DNA of 63,579 bases, the filler included, from Pelomyxa schiedti (Eukaryota; Protista; Evosea): the NCBI GenBank assembly GCA_020536535.1. It is 10 parts of 10 records of this genome, joined end to end, with 100 filler letters (N's around TTAATTAATTAA, not from the genome) between each part and the next. Parts side by side here need not be neighbours in the genome. Positions count along the whole stretch, not along the records: positions 12,239 to 14,637 come from JAHLWZ010002009.1; positions 14,738 to 39,805 come from JAHLWZ010000578.1; 8 more parts are not named here. One strand, given 5' to 3'. Position 1 is the first letter of the stretch. Each line of letters begins with the position of its first letter. A program made the translations under genes and the position numbers. Below, piece by piece: positions 13,466 to 25,900 of the stretch. A model generated the notes under the pieces. The model had not been told where the DNA came from, ran no database searches, and saw only the letters and a program-made list of their open reading frames with translations.

Positions 13466-14637
13466 TCATGGGGCTGTGAATTTGCCCAGTGCACAACAGA
13501 AGGTGTAAGAAGGATTCCAGGAGAAACCAGGGTTTGAGGACAAGGATATGAGTGTCCTCCCACTCGTAAGGTCAACAACAGCCAGTGCTTCATCTTTTGA
13601 AGCAATGACCAAGTCACCAGCAAGGGGGAACCACACATCCACATCTTTATTCCTGTACTTCGGACGTCCAGTGCTCTGGTTGTGGTCGAGGTTCTGGAGC
13701 ACAGCCGCAGGCACAGGCTTCCACGTGGAACAGTGTGTTGGGAGAGTCCCAGGAGAGTCATCAAGGAACTGCCAGAGGTCATAGTGCTCGGTGTGGTCAA
13801 ACTGCTGCACAAGGAAGCTGGACTCAAAGAATGACACTCGGCCAGGTGCATGTGACAGAGTGCGTATTTCTCCAGACCTGTTGATGGAAATAATACTCTT
13901 CTTGTGCACCCCTACTACGAGTTTCTGTGGCCAGTAGCATGTAATGTGCGTGATATGTGCAGTACCCAGGGAGATGGAGTCAACAACCACCAGCTGGCCA
14001 GAGGCGAAAGAGCGCTCAACATCGATGAGCTTGATGGAGGTGGGACCGAGCCCAAAGTAGGCAGAGAGCAGGTTCCGAGATATAAACCTGTCAAACCCCC
14101 ACAGCACCTCGTCGCCGTCTTCACGCAGCAGTAGCGGCCCAAGCGGAGCCATGTTCTCGTCCAGCTTGAACACACACAGTGGGCGATATACAACCATCCA
14201 CTGCTCGTTGGCAGGCAGCGTCGCCGTTCTCAGGCGATACCTTTCTCTCAGCTGGGATATCTGAATCAGAGTGCCACCATCCACCGGCACGTAAACGTAA
14301 TCGGCCGGGGGCGGAGGCAGTATCTTCCGAGCGCCGGATCTCGCGTCGACGTACACCAAGTTCCAAAATGGAAGGTTGTGCGACCCGCAGTCGTCTTCTC
14401 TCCCGAGAATCACGCAGTGGTTCGAGTCCACCCACGTGGCGATGTAGCCGTAGTTTGGCCCGTTGAGCGACTGGACCGAGTGGGGCGGCACCGTGACGCC
14501 CAGCGTGGCCCTGGAGACCCCGAGGGCGACGGGGGCGCCGCCGATGACGTGGGCGTGGAACACGGCGGTGTCGCGGAGCCAGGACTCGGCCATGGGCCTG
14601 ATGACGCCGCGGCCCAGCGGGGACGCGGGGCTGCGCG
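13466..14637 (-). CDS. Intronless hypothetical protein, probably from a lineage-expanded family; possibly 5'-truncated by the linker
   Basis: 375-aa ORF (MAESWLRD...LGVSRATLGV...), frame open upstream to the gap; beta-rich composition. Confidence 0.7.
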
Positions 14638-14851
14638 NNNNNNNNNNNNNNNNNNNNNNNNNNNNNNNNNNNNNNNNNNNNTTAATTAATTAANNNNNNN
14701 NNNNNNNNNNNNNNNNNNNNNNNNNNNNNNNNNNNNNTCATCAACAACACTGCGGCTCACCTCCGCAGAGTCACCACCAACACTGCACCCTAGGGGATGA
14801 TGGATTCAGGCATCATCCTTTAGATATTTGTAACTCACCAGTGAACCAATT

Positions 14852-14871
14852 AAAAAAAAAAAAAGAAAAAA
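14852..14871 (-). terminator. Putative RNA polymerase III T-tract terminator of the Y-RNA-like gene
   Basis: T6-C-T13 on the minus strand, 9 nt after the terminal stem. Confidence 0.55.
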
Positions 14872-14880
14872 GGAGGGAGG

Positions 14881-15028
14881 TGGCAGACAGCAGTAAGTCT
14901 TTTTGATTTTCGTGCTCTACCAGCTGAGCTACCCATCCCCATTTGGGGACGGAACCGGAATTGAACCAGTGACAACGAGGTCAAAAGCCTTTAGATTTTC
15001 GAAGTAAGACTACACCCTCGGGCTGCCA
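14881..15028 (-). ncRNA. YrlA-like (tRNA-mimic) Y RNA candidate: permuted T / acceptor / D arms on a long terminal stem
   Basis: Minus strand: terminal stem TGGCAG/CTGCCA; GGTG-T-AGTCTT/AAGACT-TACT; TTTTGA/TCAAAA; TCGT/ACGA. T arm ACTGG-TTCAATT-CCGGT (14954-14970) comes before the hairpin TCCGTCCCC-AAAT-GGGGATGGG (14932-14953), then TA and D arm GCTC-AGCTGGTA-GAGC (14914-14929). There is no anticodon loop. Confidence 0.75.
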
Positions 15029-15111
15029 ATGTTGGCAGGCCAGAGTGCCCTGATTTCCGTTTTGTTTTCGGTACATTCTTTATTATGGGTTGGTTTATTT
15101 TCTTTTCATTA

Positions 15112-16469
15112 TCATTTTCCTTGGAGAGCATCCACCATGTTCTTTATTGTGGCAATTTGTAAGCCAAGGTCAGTGGCATAGTCCAGGCCTTTTTTGTGAG
15201 TGAGGGTTGAATTGGGTATGAATTATAGTGATTACCAGTGTAACCCCACCAGTCCCAGCACCCATTGGGGTTGACTGGTACTGTAGCACTCGTGGCCTGT
15301 GGGTAAAGGATGATTATGTTGTTGGATTCTGCCCACTCATTGAACCCGGCATAATTGGTGAACATGTTCCCAATGTATGAGTATCCCTGCTCCCGGTTAA
15401 TAAAATCAGTATGTTCATTATGTTTCAGAACCTGTTCGCAACCGTGCAGTACTACAAGTAATTTACAAGTTTCACCCTTGGAGCACTGTGTTGGAACATA
15501 AACAAAGCCGGTATCATCCAGGGAGAGCAGAATCGGTATCTCCTTGAGTGGAGTATAGTTTTCTTGCTTGAAGGACAATAAATTCGCAGATATTTGAGTA
15601 ACTTTACTGTTTAGCTTCCCTATGAATGCGGAGTTAATCTCAGAAACAAATTAGTTGTTGGTACCATAAAAGTACTCCAAAATTTCACCAGCAAGGTCAT
15701 AATTGCAGTTATTGATATAAGGGCTTCCCAAGTAACCACAATCATTGCCCCAGTTATCAGTGACCCAAGCGTGCTCTGAGAGCACAGAATTTTCAAAGTG
15801 GATTGTTCCTACGGGATGTGTTAAAGTTTGAAAGCAAAGAACTCTGCAACCTGATACATTTTTATTTACATAAAAGGTGTAATAATCAGCAGCTTTTTCC
15901 ACTACCCCCGTATCCACAACACTGTCTGTTCAGTGATCAATGCAATGGTTGTTGAAGAGAATTAGTTGGAACCTTTCAACCCGGAAAACAAGTAGACTTT
16001 GTCATCATTCATATTCTGCGGGGAGTCAATTGACAGAGTCAACCTTGCGAATTCCGTAGCAGCAATAAGCTCATCAGTAACAATCAGGTTTGGAGTTGTC
16101 ATGCAGGACGACTCGGCAATCAAAACATCAGCATTAGCACACCAGTATGGTCCCCCAGCAACATTAGCTATCATTTTGATAGGCAGTGAGATAGGCATAC
16201 ACAACTTTCAACTAACACTATCACATACACCCCACAAAGAGCCAATCAGATAAAACAACAAACACACCCACTAATCCAAAAATATCAGAGTGAGCAACAT
16301 GCAATTGTGTTGCCATGAAAGCCCCTGAGGACAACCCTGCAACCCCAATTGGCGTCCCATCATCAATATTGTACCCACTCAACTTCTGTCCATAACTAAC
16401 GGCAAAACAAACGGCTATCAGTACACCACTCAGACGCGGCAACCCACAATGCCGGTACGTCCCCACCAT
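15112..16469 (-). CDS. Secreted poly(3-hydroxybutyrate) depolymerase-like esterase, multi-exon
   Basis: Signal-peptide-like N-terminus; lipase box VAGLSSGAFMATQLHVAHS; AGGPYWCA; VYLFSG; LLVVLHGCEQ; GFNEWAESNNIIILYPQA; NPNGCWDWWGYT; ends GLQIATIKNMVDALQGK*. Confidence 0.92.
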
Positions 16470-16623
16470 CGCCTTCTGTGTTTGACTGTGGGAGAAAACA
16501 AAGGCAATAAAAATTGGAAAAAAGAAAGAGAACTTTCGTGTTACGGGAACCATCAAGATCCTGGCGAATTTATCCTCTTTTTTTACAAGTGAGGAGTGCT
16601 TTTGGGTTGGTTGTTTGTGTGTG

Positions 16624-18160
16624 TTAGTGTGCAGAGAGTCTTTGTTGTGAGATTGAGAGTGAAGAGGGTCTGGTGGTTCCTGCTGATGGAGTGACTGGTG
16701 ATGATGTTTGTGGTGTGTTTGGTGTGTCTGAGGGTGGAATCGTTGCTGGTGTTGTTGTGCTTTGAATGGAGGACTCCGAATTTGATCGGGATATTGTGGT
16801 TGTGATTGTGGGTGCGGATTGAGCCAAGGTTGGTGATGCGGAATGCGGAGGTTGTTGTGTTGGAATTGATGATGGGTTTGATGATGGGTCTTTCCTTTTG
16901 GAGCTATCGTTGGGTGTCCACTTTTCGGCCTCCTCTATTGCGTCGGTTACATCGGGTAAACCTTCTATCTGTAAAAGAATGTGAGAGGAAGCCGGGAAAA
17001 GGAATGACTCAGAAGTACAAGTTCGTCAATCAACGATTTTGATGCCGATAGCTTTGAGGATGATGCTTCATGCATAACCTTCTGCTTTTCAAGCCAGTGA
17101 CCCCTGCAGTTGTTGTTATTTTTAGATTTTTTAGATTTCTCAAGACTGTTCAGGTTAAACACAAACCACATCTGCATCCAACAATTGGCCATGAGAATAC
17201 GCAAGCGGGTGAGCTCGCATATTTGTTTGACACGGTATTCTCTGGCTACTTTGACCGCTTGCTCTAGCTGTTCAAGAGTCTGAAGTATGTATGATAAGAT
17301 TTAACTGAACGATTGTCCAATTGAAGGTACCTTTGAGGATATTTCTCCCTTTTTTCTTTCTTTGTTGGCCGCCGCTTCTAATTCCTCCACGGTAGAGGAC
17401 AATTTGGCGTCGCCCTTCTTTATAGTTTTCGTCAGAGCTTGCATGTCATTAGCAAAAGCACTCAAGATGGTTTCAGTGGGCTCCACAAATTGCTTGAGTA
17501 ATGCGGATTCCTATTGACTTGAAATGAATAAAATGGAAAGTGAGTTATGTCGGCCTAACTGATTGCTCTCTGTTTGAATTCAGTGCCAATTGCAGTTGCG
17601 TGCACTTGGTTAAGCGGGAGGCTTAGGAGAGGGGGAAGGAAAAAAGAAATGAATTGACACCAACATGCTAAATGGGTCATACTCCAGGCGTCGTCAGCTT
17701 GTGAACTCAACAGAGTCATATCTTGTGCAATTTTCTTTTGCAGCACTGTCAGCTCTAAACCAAAACAAAGGGGGAAAATCAGTAAAAATTGATATTTCTA
17801 TTCACACAGAAGAATGCCGATATTAATTGCTGAAACAAAAAAAAAAAAGCCGGCACACTAACCGGACATGGAGTCGTGCATTTTTCTCATATCAGACAAC
17901 AGCACGTTGAACAGCCTGGACACCTCCTTGGTCTGTTTTATCTCGAACATCAGCTGGGTCCTGCTCTCCATCCCCAGCGAGCTGCTGCTCCCGCCCACCC
18001 CGACGCCCCCCGCTCCCATAATCCCTCCCCCCGGCGAGCCCGAGCCCACGCCCACGGCGCCGTTGTTGCCCACCGCGACGGCCATCGTCCCCCCCACGAC
18101 GCCGCCGTTGTTGCCCGTCGTCGGCAGTTGTTCCCCCGATGTCGCTACGCGCATCATCAC
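16624..18160 (-). CDS. Helical BAR/IMD-like domain protein with Gly-rich N-terminus and Ser/Thr/Pro-rich tail
   Basis: Amphipathic helical exons (EVSRLFNVLLSDMRKMHDSMS; ESALLKQFVEPTETILSAFANDMQALTKTIKK; HWLEKQKVMHEASSSKL). The fold assignment is inference. Confidence 0.5.
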
Positions 18161-18589
18161 GATCGAACGAAAAAAAAGTTCGCTTCACCTAATGGGTGTT
18201 CGCTGTGTGGTTCCGAGCAGATCTTCTATCTGCTGCTTTTGACCAGTGTTGTATTGTTGCTCTGGGAAGGATGTGGACAAGTTGGACTCGACGCACTTTG
18301 TTCAGCACTGGCACCACAACAAGATTTTTCGATTGATGAACTTGACGACTCGCCCAAGACTGATGGGTTTCGTAAAACGCCAGCTTGCCATTCACCTTCA
18401 GCCGATCCCTGCCTCCTACAGTTACTAACGGATTTGTTGTGATCAAGGCAGCAGAGCACATCCAAGCAATAGACGCCGTCAATTTGGGGGATCCCAGGTT
18501 TCCCGAGGCCCATCATTAATTTCCTAATTTCATCGAACAAAATCAGCGCGGGATTACACGAAACCAGCAATCTTTTGGGGGGGCAGGAA

Positions 18590-21018
18590 ATGGGGGACGA
18601 TGGTGGCGGGGATGATGACAGGATCTCAAGCAGCACATACGACTCTACACCAGCGAGTCAGTCTTTGTTTGGCTCTCTTTGATGTTCCTTTTCTTGTTCT
18701 GTGTGTGTGGCGCACCCGCGGTTTTGTTTTTGTTGTTTTCTTTTTCTTTTGGCTTTTGGTTCACTCTTGCTGGCGTATGTAGTTCCTTGCGGACACAGAG
18801 ACTCCATAAACGGGGAGACATCCGACACGATAAAAATTGCAGGCTCGGTTACTATCCGAGGTCATAACGATTCCATCAACATTGGACATGCTGGCGACAG
18901 TGACAGTGACAGTTACAGAGCTGACTCTGGTGCTGGTGCTGGTGTTGGTGGTGGTGAAGCTGATGCCGGTCCCGGAACCGTAGCTGGCGATGAAACCACG
19001 GCCCTGGTGGCCAAGGCAAAAGCTGCTGAGCACAAAAAGGAGGCGTCGTATGGGACGTTCGCTGGATATGCTATCACGGTAAACTACATGATAGGGACCG
19101 GTGTGTTTCCTGTGCTAGTAAAGCCGCCAATATTGGGTGGATGTATTTTTTTAAGTTTTTCCCCCTTTCCAGGCGTTTTCGGGCTTCCCTATGCATTTTT
19201 CTCTGGTGGAATTGCTCTGACCACGATACTGTTGTTCCTCTTTGCTGGTTTCTTGACTGTAAGACTAAGGGTTCTTTTCTTTTTTTATTCTCACTTCATT
19301 CCCTTGGCTGTAGTTGACAGCTTTTTGGGTTCTTGAAATAATGGCTCGGACAGTTGGCTACACAAAAAGGGCTGGGACAACTAAACACGTACCAAACGAA
19401 CTAACGTATCACCAAGGCAACAAAAACAAAAATTGCGCCATCACACAATATATGTTCTAATCCTTTTGTTCTCAGTGAGAAATGTGACTTCACGAAATTT
19501 TGCTTTGTATTTGGAGGGATGCCTGGAAAAGTAATTTGCCAAGTGGTGATGGCCTTTTATGTCTATGGTGCACTCTGGGCTTATGTTGCCTCGTTTGTAT
19601 AATCTTGTAGTCCTCACACATCAGACTTAATTTCAAAGGTTTGCATCAACACTTTCAATGCTTATCTTTGAGTACGCTGTACCCGGTGATGAAGTCTGCA
19701 ATGTGCGTGAAAATTCTCATAATCCAGTCTCACTGTAAATAGTACTACGAGGACCCATCTTCATGGTGTACCTTCGCATACTACGGATCCATACTATTGT
19801 ATTTATGTATAGTATTGCCCCTCACTCTCATGGACTTAGCGGAACAAGCAGTACTGCAGATGTTCTTAACAATGTATTCCATTCAATCCTCCTTTTATTG
19901 ACCCTGAATCCTGAAAGATATCGATTTTTTGCGTTCGGTTTGATGGTTATAACAGTTCTTGTTGCAATTGGATTTGTTGGTCAGTACTCAGAGCCAAAAA
20001 TCTCTAGCTCTAGTTCGTCATTTGACCAAGGAAACATATGGGGATTCAAGTGGTCTGGTTTGGCTGCAATTGCGATAACCGCGATTTATTTCATGTTTCT
20101 TTGCAGGATTTGGCACCGCTTTTACGTCGACAGCTTTTGCTCTCACCATGCATTACAATCTCCCTAATTCTCTGTCACCAGTGCGGAATAAACTCTCCTT
20201 CAGAACGATTTGCCTGTGTGCTATCTTCACTGCCATTTTCTTTTATTTTACTGTTGGGTGCTCCTGCGGTTATTTCTTCAATGAGTATGTATGCCACTTA
20301 GAATTTGTTCTTAAAATAAAAGGTACACTGAACCTCTGGTAGTGTTAAACTGGGAGGGCTACACAGGTTTTTCAACGCCAATTCAATGGATAGTTTGCAA
20401 ACCTTTCCTACAGGAAGAGACGGTGGATGGGGAGAAGGCTCAGCACTTTGGTGGTCGTATATTATACAACTACTGATTATGATTTTTCCCATCATAAACC
20501 TTGCAAATGACTTCCCTCTGGTAATGTCTCCCAACCACCACCTTTATTTTTATGTCCAATAAGGTTGCGATCACCCTTGGAAGCAACCTCGACCAATTTG
20601 TTCCCAAACGATTTACTGGCACAGCTACCAGAGCGCGGATTGCTCGAATTATCGTCCGGCTGATATGTGTGTTCCCCCCAATAATCGCCGGTGCATTACT
20701 AGGAGAGTTGGACAAGATATTCACCTTCACTGGACTGTTTGCCTTTGTGTTGGTTTTCTTCATCCCGGCCATCTTCCAGTTCATCTCCAAAAGGGCGCTA
20801 GTGAAGAAATACGGCCCTGGATCCGACTGGACCCCCTACAGTGGTAATAACCTAACAACACACTAAACAACATTGCATTACATTTTCCAACTCACACTCA
20901 CTCCACAGGATGGTACAGCCACGACTTCTTTGTGATACTAACACTGGTCGTCGGCATCATCGCATTTGGCGTAGCCATTGCTGACACTATTATCTCCATG
21001 TTCGGTTTAGAAATCTAA
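18590..21018 (+). CDS. Amino-acid transporter family (Aa_trans) protein, TMEM104-like, multi-exon
   Basis: GYAITVNYMIGTG|VFGLPYAFFSGG...LTAFWVLEIMAR; MHYNLPNSLSPV; LMIFPIINLANDFPL..ITLGSNL; many TM helices; stop TAA at 21016-21018. Confidence 0.88.
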
Positions 21019-21139
21019 CACGCAACATATGTCATTAAAAAAAAAAAAACCAAAGATTTTTGATCGTGGACGAGCTTTTTTCGTGTGAATTGCTAAAAGG
21101 CTGATTCAGTTGCGCGGGAAGAAACAAAAGCACAATAAA

Positions 21140-22776
21140 ATGAGCGGAGGTGGTGCACCAACCAAGACGAGGGGCCTCGCTACCGGCCCACAAATACGCG
21201 CTGCCATTCTGCGTGGCCGAGGCGCGCCCGCGTCGCCCGCGCCAGGCCGAGGCAGGGCGGCCGCGCCGCGAGGAGGGGGCACGACCGCTGCAGCCGCCGC
21301 GGCCACGGGCGCCCGAGGGAGAGGCAGGGGGGCACCCGGGGGAGCGGGAGGGGCAGCGAGGGGAGGAGGCAGCAGGGGAGGGAGAGGAGGAGGAGGAGGA
21401 GGGGGAAGGGGGACGAGGAGCGGCGGGGGGAGGAGCGTGAAGACCAGCGACGACGAGAGCGGGGGGTCGGGCGGCGAGGAGGACCAGTACGAGAGCGACT
21501 TTGTGGACGACGACTCGGTCGACGGGGGGTCTTCCGCTGAGGAGCTCGTTGTTTCCACTCTTTTTTTGTTTGTGTTACTGTGCTGTGTACTATGCTAGTC
21601 TCTAGATGAACTTCTTTTAACCTTTACAGTAAGAGTGATACTGAAGATGAAGATAAGCAAGCTATGGCTGAGGCAAAGGCATACCTTTCGTATGTGAATG
21701 GTTTTTGTTTCCCATAGTGACAAAACCCTGCAGAAATTTCCGATCCAGGCCCCGGCGTAACGTCGCAACAAAGACCTACAAGGAAGACTCAGAGGACGAA
21801 TCTGATGCCGAGCAGAGGGCTCAGATGGAGGCGAGGAAGAAACAACTTGAGGAACTAAAGGCAAAGCACAAAGCCCCAGCCCGCAAAGATTCCCCCAAGC
21901 CAAAACCATCAAAATCCACACATCAACCACCAGAGAAAGAGAAAGAGAAAGAGAAGGAGAAGGAGAAGGAGAAAGAACCACAACAGAAACAGCAACAACC
22001 GAGTACAAGTACAACTACCACCAGTACCAGTCCCACAATAAAAGAAACCACTACAACTACTGCACATCAACCTGAGCCCGAGGCCCAAGATCCCGGCACA
22101 GTTGAATCCATTGCAGCTTCCAAGAATTCCGGGGAGCCCCAAAGCGAACGTCCTGAGGCGCCAGTTGTCGCCGAGCCAATCCCAGTAAATGACGTCGACG
22201 ACGACGTCAAGGCAGTGTCGCCGGCACCCAAGAAGCACAGAACCGCCGACGGCGACGCTGTGCCCCACCACCCCGACGCCGCCGCCAAGCCCAAGGACAC
22301 CAAGCACGAGCACAAGCACCACACCCACACCCACACGCACAAGCACACAAGCCACGACCACGCTGGCGACGCAGCAGCAGCAGCAACAACGGCCAAGCAG
22401 CACCACAATCACACCCACAAGGACAAGGACAAGGCTGGCAAGGACAAGGGTGACGACGGGGGGCTGGATGATGAGGCGAAGAAGCGCGCCAAGCAACTGC
22501 GCAGGAGGCTACTGCAGGGTCACTGAGTGAGCCCACACTGCTTGCTGGCTGGCTGGCTGGCAAGACAGGGTCCTCCTACCTTGAATCACCACACCAATAC
22601 ACTAAGGAACTCTAAAGTTTGGAACTCAGATTTATTTCTTTGTCGTAATTTTCTTGCATAGAGGGCCTCTCAGATTCTGGGAGAAGCCTGTGTTGCGACG
22701 ATTTAGCAGAAATCATGCTAAATTGGGTAGAAAGGTTCCCTGAGCCTCTTCTCGTGGAGAAAACTCCAAAAGAATG
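21140..22776 (+). CDS. Low-complexity RGG/acidic/Lys-rich probable nuclear protein (hypothetical)
   Basis: Exon ORFs 21110-21598 (RGG-rich, then EEDQYESDFVDDD) and 21705-22526 (SRPRRNVATKTYKEDSEDE, KEKE and His tracts). The 3' splice pattern is uncertain. Confidence 0.5.
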
Positions 22777-22915
22777 ATCTCTGAGCCACTTTGCATAAAA
22801 GGGACGCAGAAGTGGTGTAACGATAGTATTCTCCTTCGAGGATCTGGTACTTGATTCTTCCTTGGTGCAGTTGCACATCGCCATTTAGATTGAACTCGTT
22901 ACGCTTGGCCAAGCG

Positions 22916-25900
22916 ATGCGGCGGGGGTACCGACCACAGCAACGACGCGGAGGAGGCGAGCCAGCCAATTGGCCACAACAACGAAGAGGCGTAGGCCGTG
23001 GGTTCAATCCCCACAACACCGGAAACACTTTCGGCAATGCCGAACAACAACAACAAGAAGCAGTGGAGGCAGGGCAACCATCCGAAGAGAGGGAGAGCTG
23101 GAGAGCCTTCATCGACCGCCAACAACAGCAACAACAAGCCGCAAACAACACCAACACGACAACAAACACAACCAGCGATTATGGGACACCATCACAACAA
23201 CAACAACAAGGGGGAGGGTATCGAGGACGAGGACGAGGGAGAGGGGGTTGCGGTGCCAGAGGGAGATATTGGGATGCTCCTCCTGATAGTGGATATAACA
23301 ACACTAACGGTGCCAGTAGCAGTGGGGATTATGGGGGGATGAAGAGGGAGGAGGGAAGTGGAAAGAGGGCGGAAGCTGTGTCACCACTCACAAACCAGCT
23401 GGATAAGCAGTTCAGGTCGTATTTGGCCTCGCTGGCTGATATTGCTGATAGGCTGGAGAATGATGCCAACGCTCCGCCGCCGGCTAGGGAAGCTTCTGAG
23501 AATCCGGATGAAGCTCTGGAGCTGGGAGCGGAGAAGGACGTGGACAGGGCCGCGGAAGCTGCTGAGACTCTGGAATCCTTGATGGCAAACGTGATGGTGG
23601 AGGTGTCTGGGAGGGAGCTTGCCTTGTGCTTGAGTGGTTCTGAGTACAGCGGGGCGTTTGGGAGGTTGGTGAAGTTCCTGACCCCGAGGCAGCTGACTAG
23701 ATTCTTGAAGCCGCTGTGCGCTGCAGCTCCGGCTGGAATCCCGGCCCCTACCAGGCCTAAGAGGAACGCTCTCAAGGCAAAAAAAAGCGAGACAACGCAA
23801 GGTGAGAAGGTAGAGATAAAAAAAGAGGAGGAAGGAGTGGTTATAAAAAAGGAAGAGGGAGTGGAGATTAAGAAGGAGGAAGGTGCTGAAGGTGTGGAGA
23901 TAAAAAAGGAGGAAGGCGAGGAAGTAGAACAAGAGCACAATGCAGCTAAAGCTGTTGAAAATGACGAAACAGAAACTCCCCCACCATTACCTCCACCCGC
24001 CTCTGGCTGGGAGGTTATGGCCGTCAGTTCTCCCGGTTCTCAAGTTGGGGAAAGGTTACTTGAACACGCTGCCAAATTGGTGGACACTGCCTCAAGCGGC
24101 GGAGGTGGTGGCGCAGAAGGCTTGTGGGAAGTTGAGGCAAATGAATTAATCAAAGTAGTGGGCCTCTCCGCACAAGTGCTGGCTCGTGCCAATTGGGCGG
24201 TCTTATCGACGAATCCTTTTGCTAGTCATGTATGTACGTTTTTAATTTCAAACCATTGTACTGAGACTCGTTAGTTGGCACGAAAAATGATTCAAGTTCT
24301 AAGTGGATACATTCCACCAACCCCAAAAAACCGAAAACCACTTGTAGGTGCACCTAACACGCCTGTGCCACCAACTTCCCCTCCCCGTCAATTTACACAC
24401 ACCTTCCTACCAATGTTCTGTGCCGAAATTCTCTCCAGTATGAGCTTAGATAATACTGATGCAAAAAACATGTCACAATTTGCTTTGGACCCCAATAGCA
24501 GTACCCTCCTACAGGTACCTCATTTTCGGGTATAATTTCACTCCTCTGATTACTGAAGGTGATGATACACGCCATGCAAAAACACCACCCGGCACTAGCA
24601 GCTGCACTTGCAGAGCGAGTTGTGCAAGTAGTGGAAGATGTGCGCTTCAATGTTCTTTGTACATTCAAAAGCAAGCTGGTCGACCAGTCATTAGCAGAGC
24701 AAGATTACCACGATCACTCTGACTTTGGAAATACGGATGACAACGACAACGACAGCGATCACAAGAGTGCCCCGCGTTCTACAGTATTCCGAAACGCAGC
24801 CGAGTCAAACCAAAGGACCTCAGCCAGGCATGTAAAGAGTGGTGAGAAATGGGTGGCAAGAAAGCGGTACAGAAAGGGAGGACCGGCTGCATGTTGTCAT
24901 CCCTCTGCCTCTTGCTTGGTGGAGGCGGTTCTCAGTGCCATTTCTGATAAGGAGTACATGAGAATCTTTTTGCAGTGGTTCAGAGGAAAACTGCGAACCC
25001 TCGCTAGCCACCCCATTGCAAATAGAGTTGTGCAACAACTCATCTTCAATATGAGACATGAAGCTTTGGTCAATGCTGTCATTACTGAGCTTTCTCCGAT
25101 TTTTCCTGATCTGATAGTAGGAAATACTGGAGTTCTTGTAGCTATCGCACAAATCTGCGTGGACTATCCGACTCCGCAGGTTTTTCCCGTAATATTATAT
25201 TGTGCCTAACTCATGAAAAAGAATTCTTTCTGTGAGCACCTCCTTGAGGGATTGAAAGAAGTTAATACCTTCAGACTTACAACTGGGACATCACCTGGAG
25301 ATAATGACCACAACCAAAGAAACCTTGCTTACCAAATGGAGTTAGATAAACTCTCCAAATTCATGCAACCTCCCACACTGCTATTCACTGAGCTACTGCG
25401 TCCATGTTCATACCTTCCGGGCTACCTTGCACAATTTCTTGTAAAGTTCGAGCCAGAAATTGCCATAATTGCCAAGAGAGGAGCTCGTGTTCTTCACGGC
25501 GACTACATTTCCCTGTGTGCTCGGGGTGTATTCGCCAGCCGCTTTGTGGAGGTTCTGCTAAAGAGTAAAATGCTCAATGAAAAAGAGAGAGACCACATCT
25601 TCACGCACATGCAAGGAAGCTGGGCGGCCCTAGCCCAAGACAGAAGTGGATCGCATGTTGTGGAACTCTGCTATGTTATAGGGAATATGGAACTCAAATC
25701 ACAAATAATGAAGGAAATGGCAGAGAATTACGATGCCGTAAGAAAGGTAACGCAACTATCACATCAGTCATATTCTTACCGCACTTTAGGCAGGATTCTG
25801 GGCCGAAAAGCTCCTCCACAAATGCAACGTCCAGCTGTATATGGCGAAAAATGCTGTTTGGGCCGAATCTGCATCAAGGGCAGACAGTGCCAAGAAGGCA

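Noticed and set aside
14881-15028. Ordinary tRNA gene or classic permuted tRNA
   Set aside because: The halves are in reverse order, the acceptor stem is loop-closed, only 3-4 bp of anticodon stem form (ACGA/TCGT), and I found no anticodon loop or clear bulge-helix-bulge. A YrlA-like mimic fits better, though a permuted tRNA is not fully excluded.
18189-18636. Short ORFs between the BAR-like gene and the transporter
   Set aside because: No recognisable motif or consistent splice pattern; probably a divergent promoter or UTR region.
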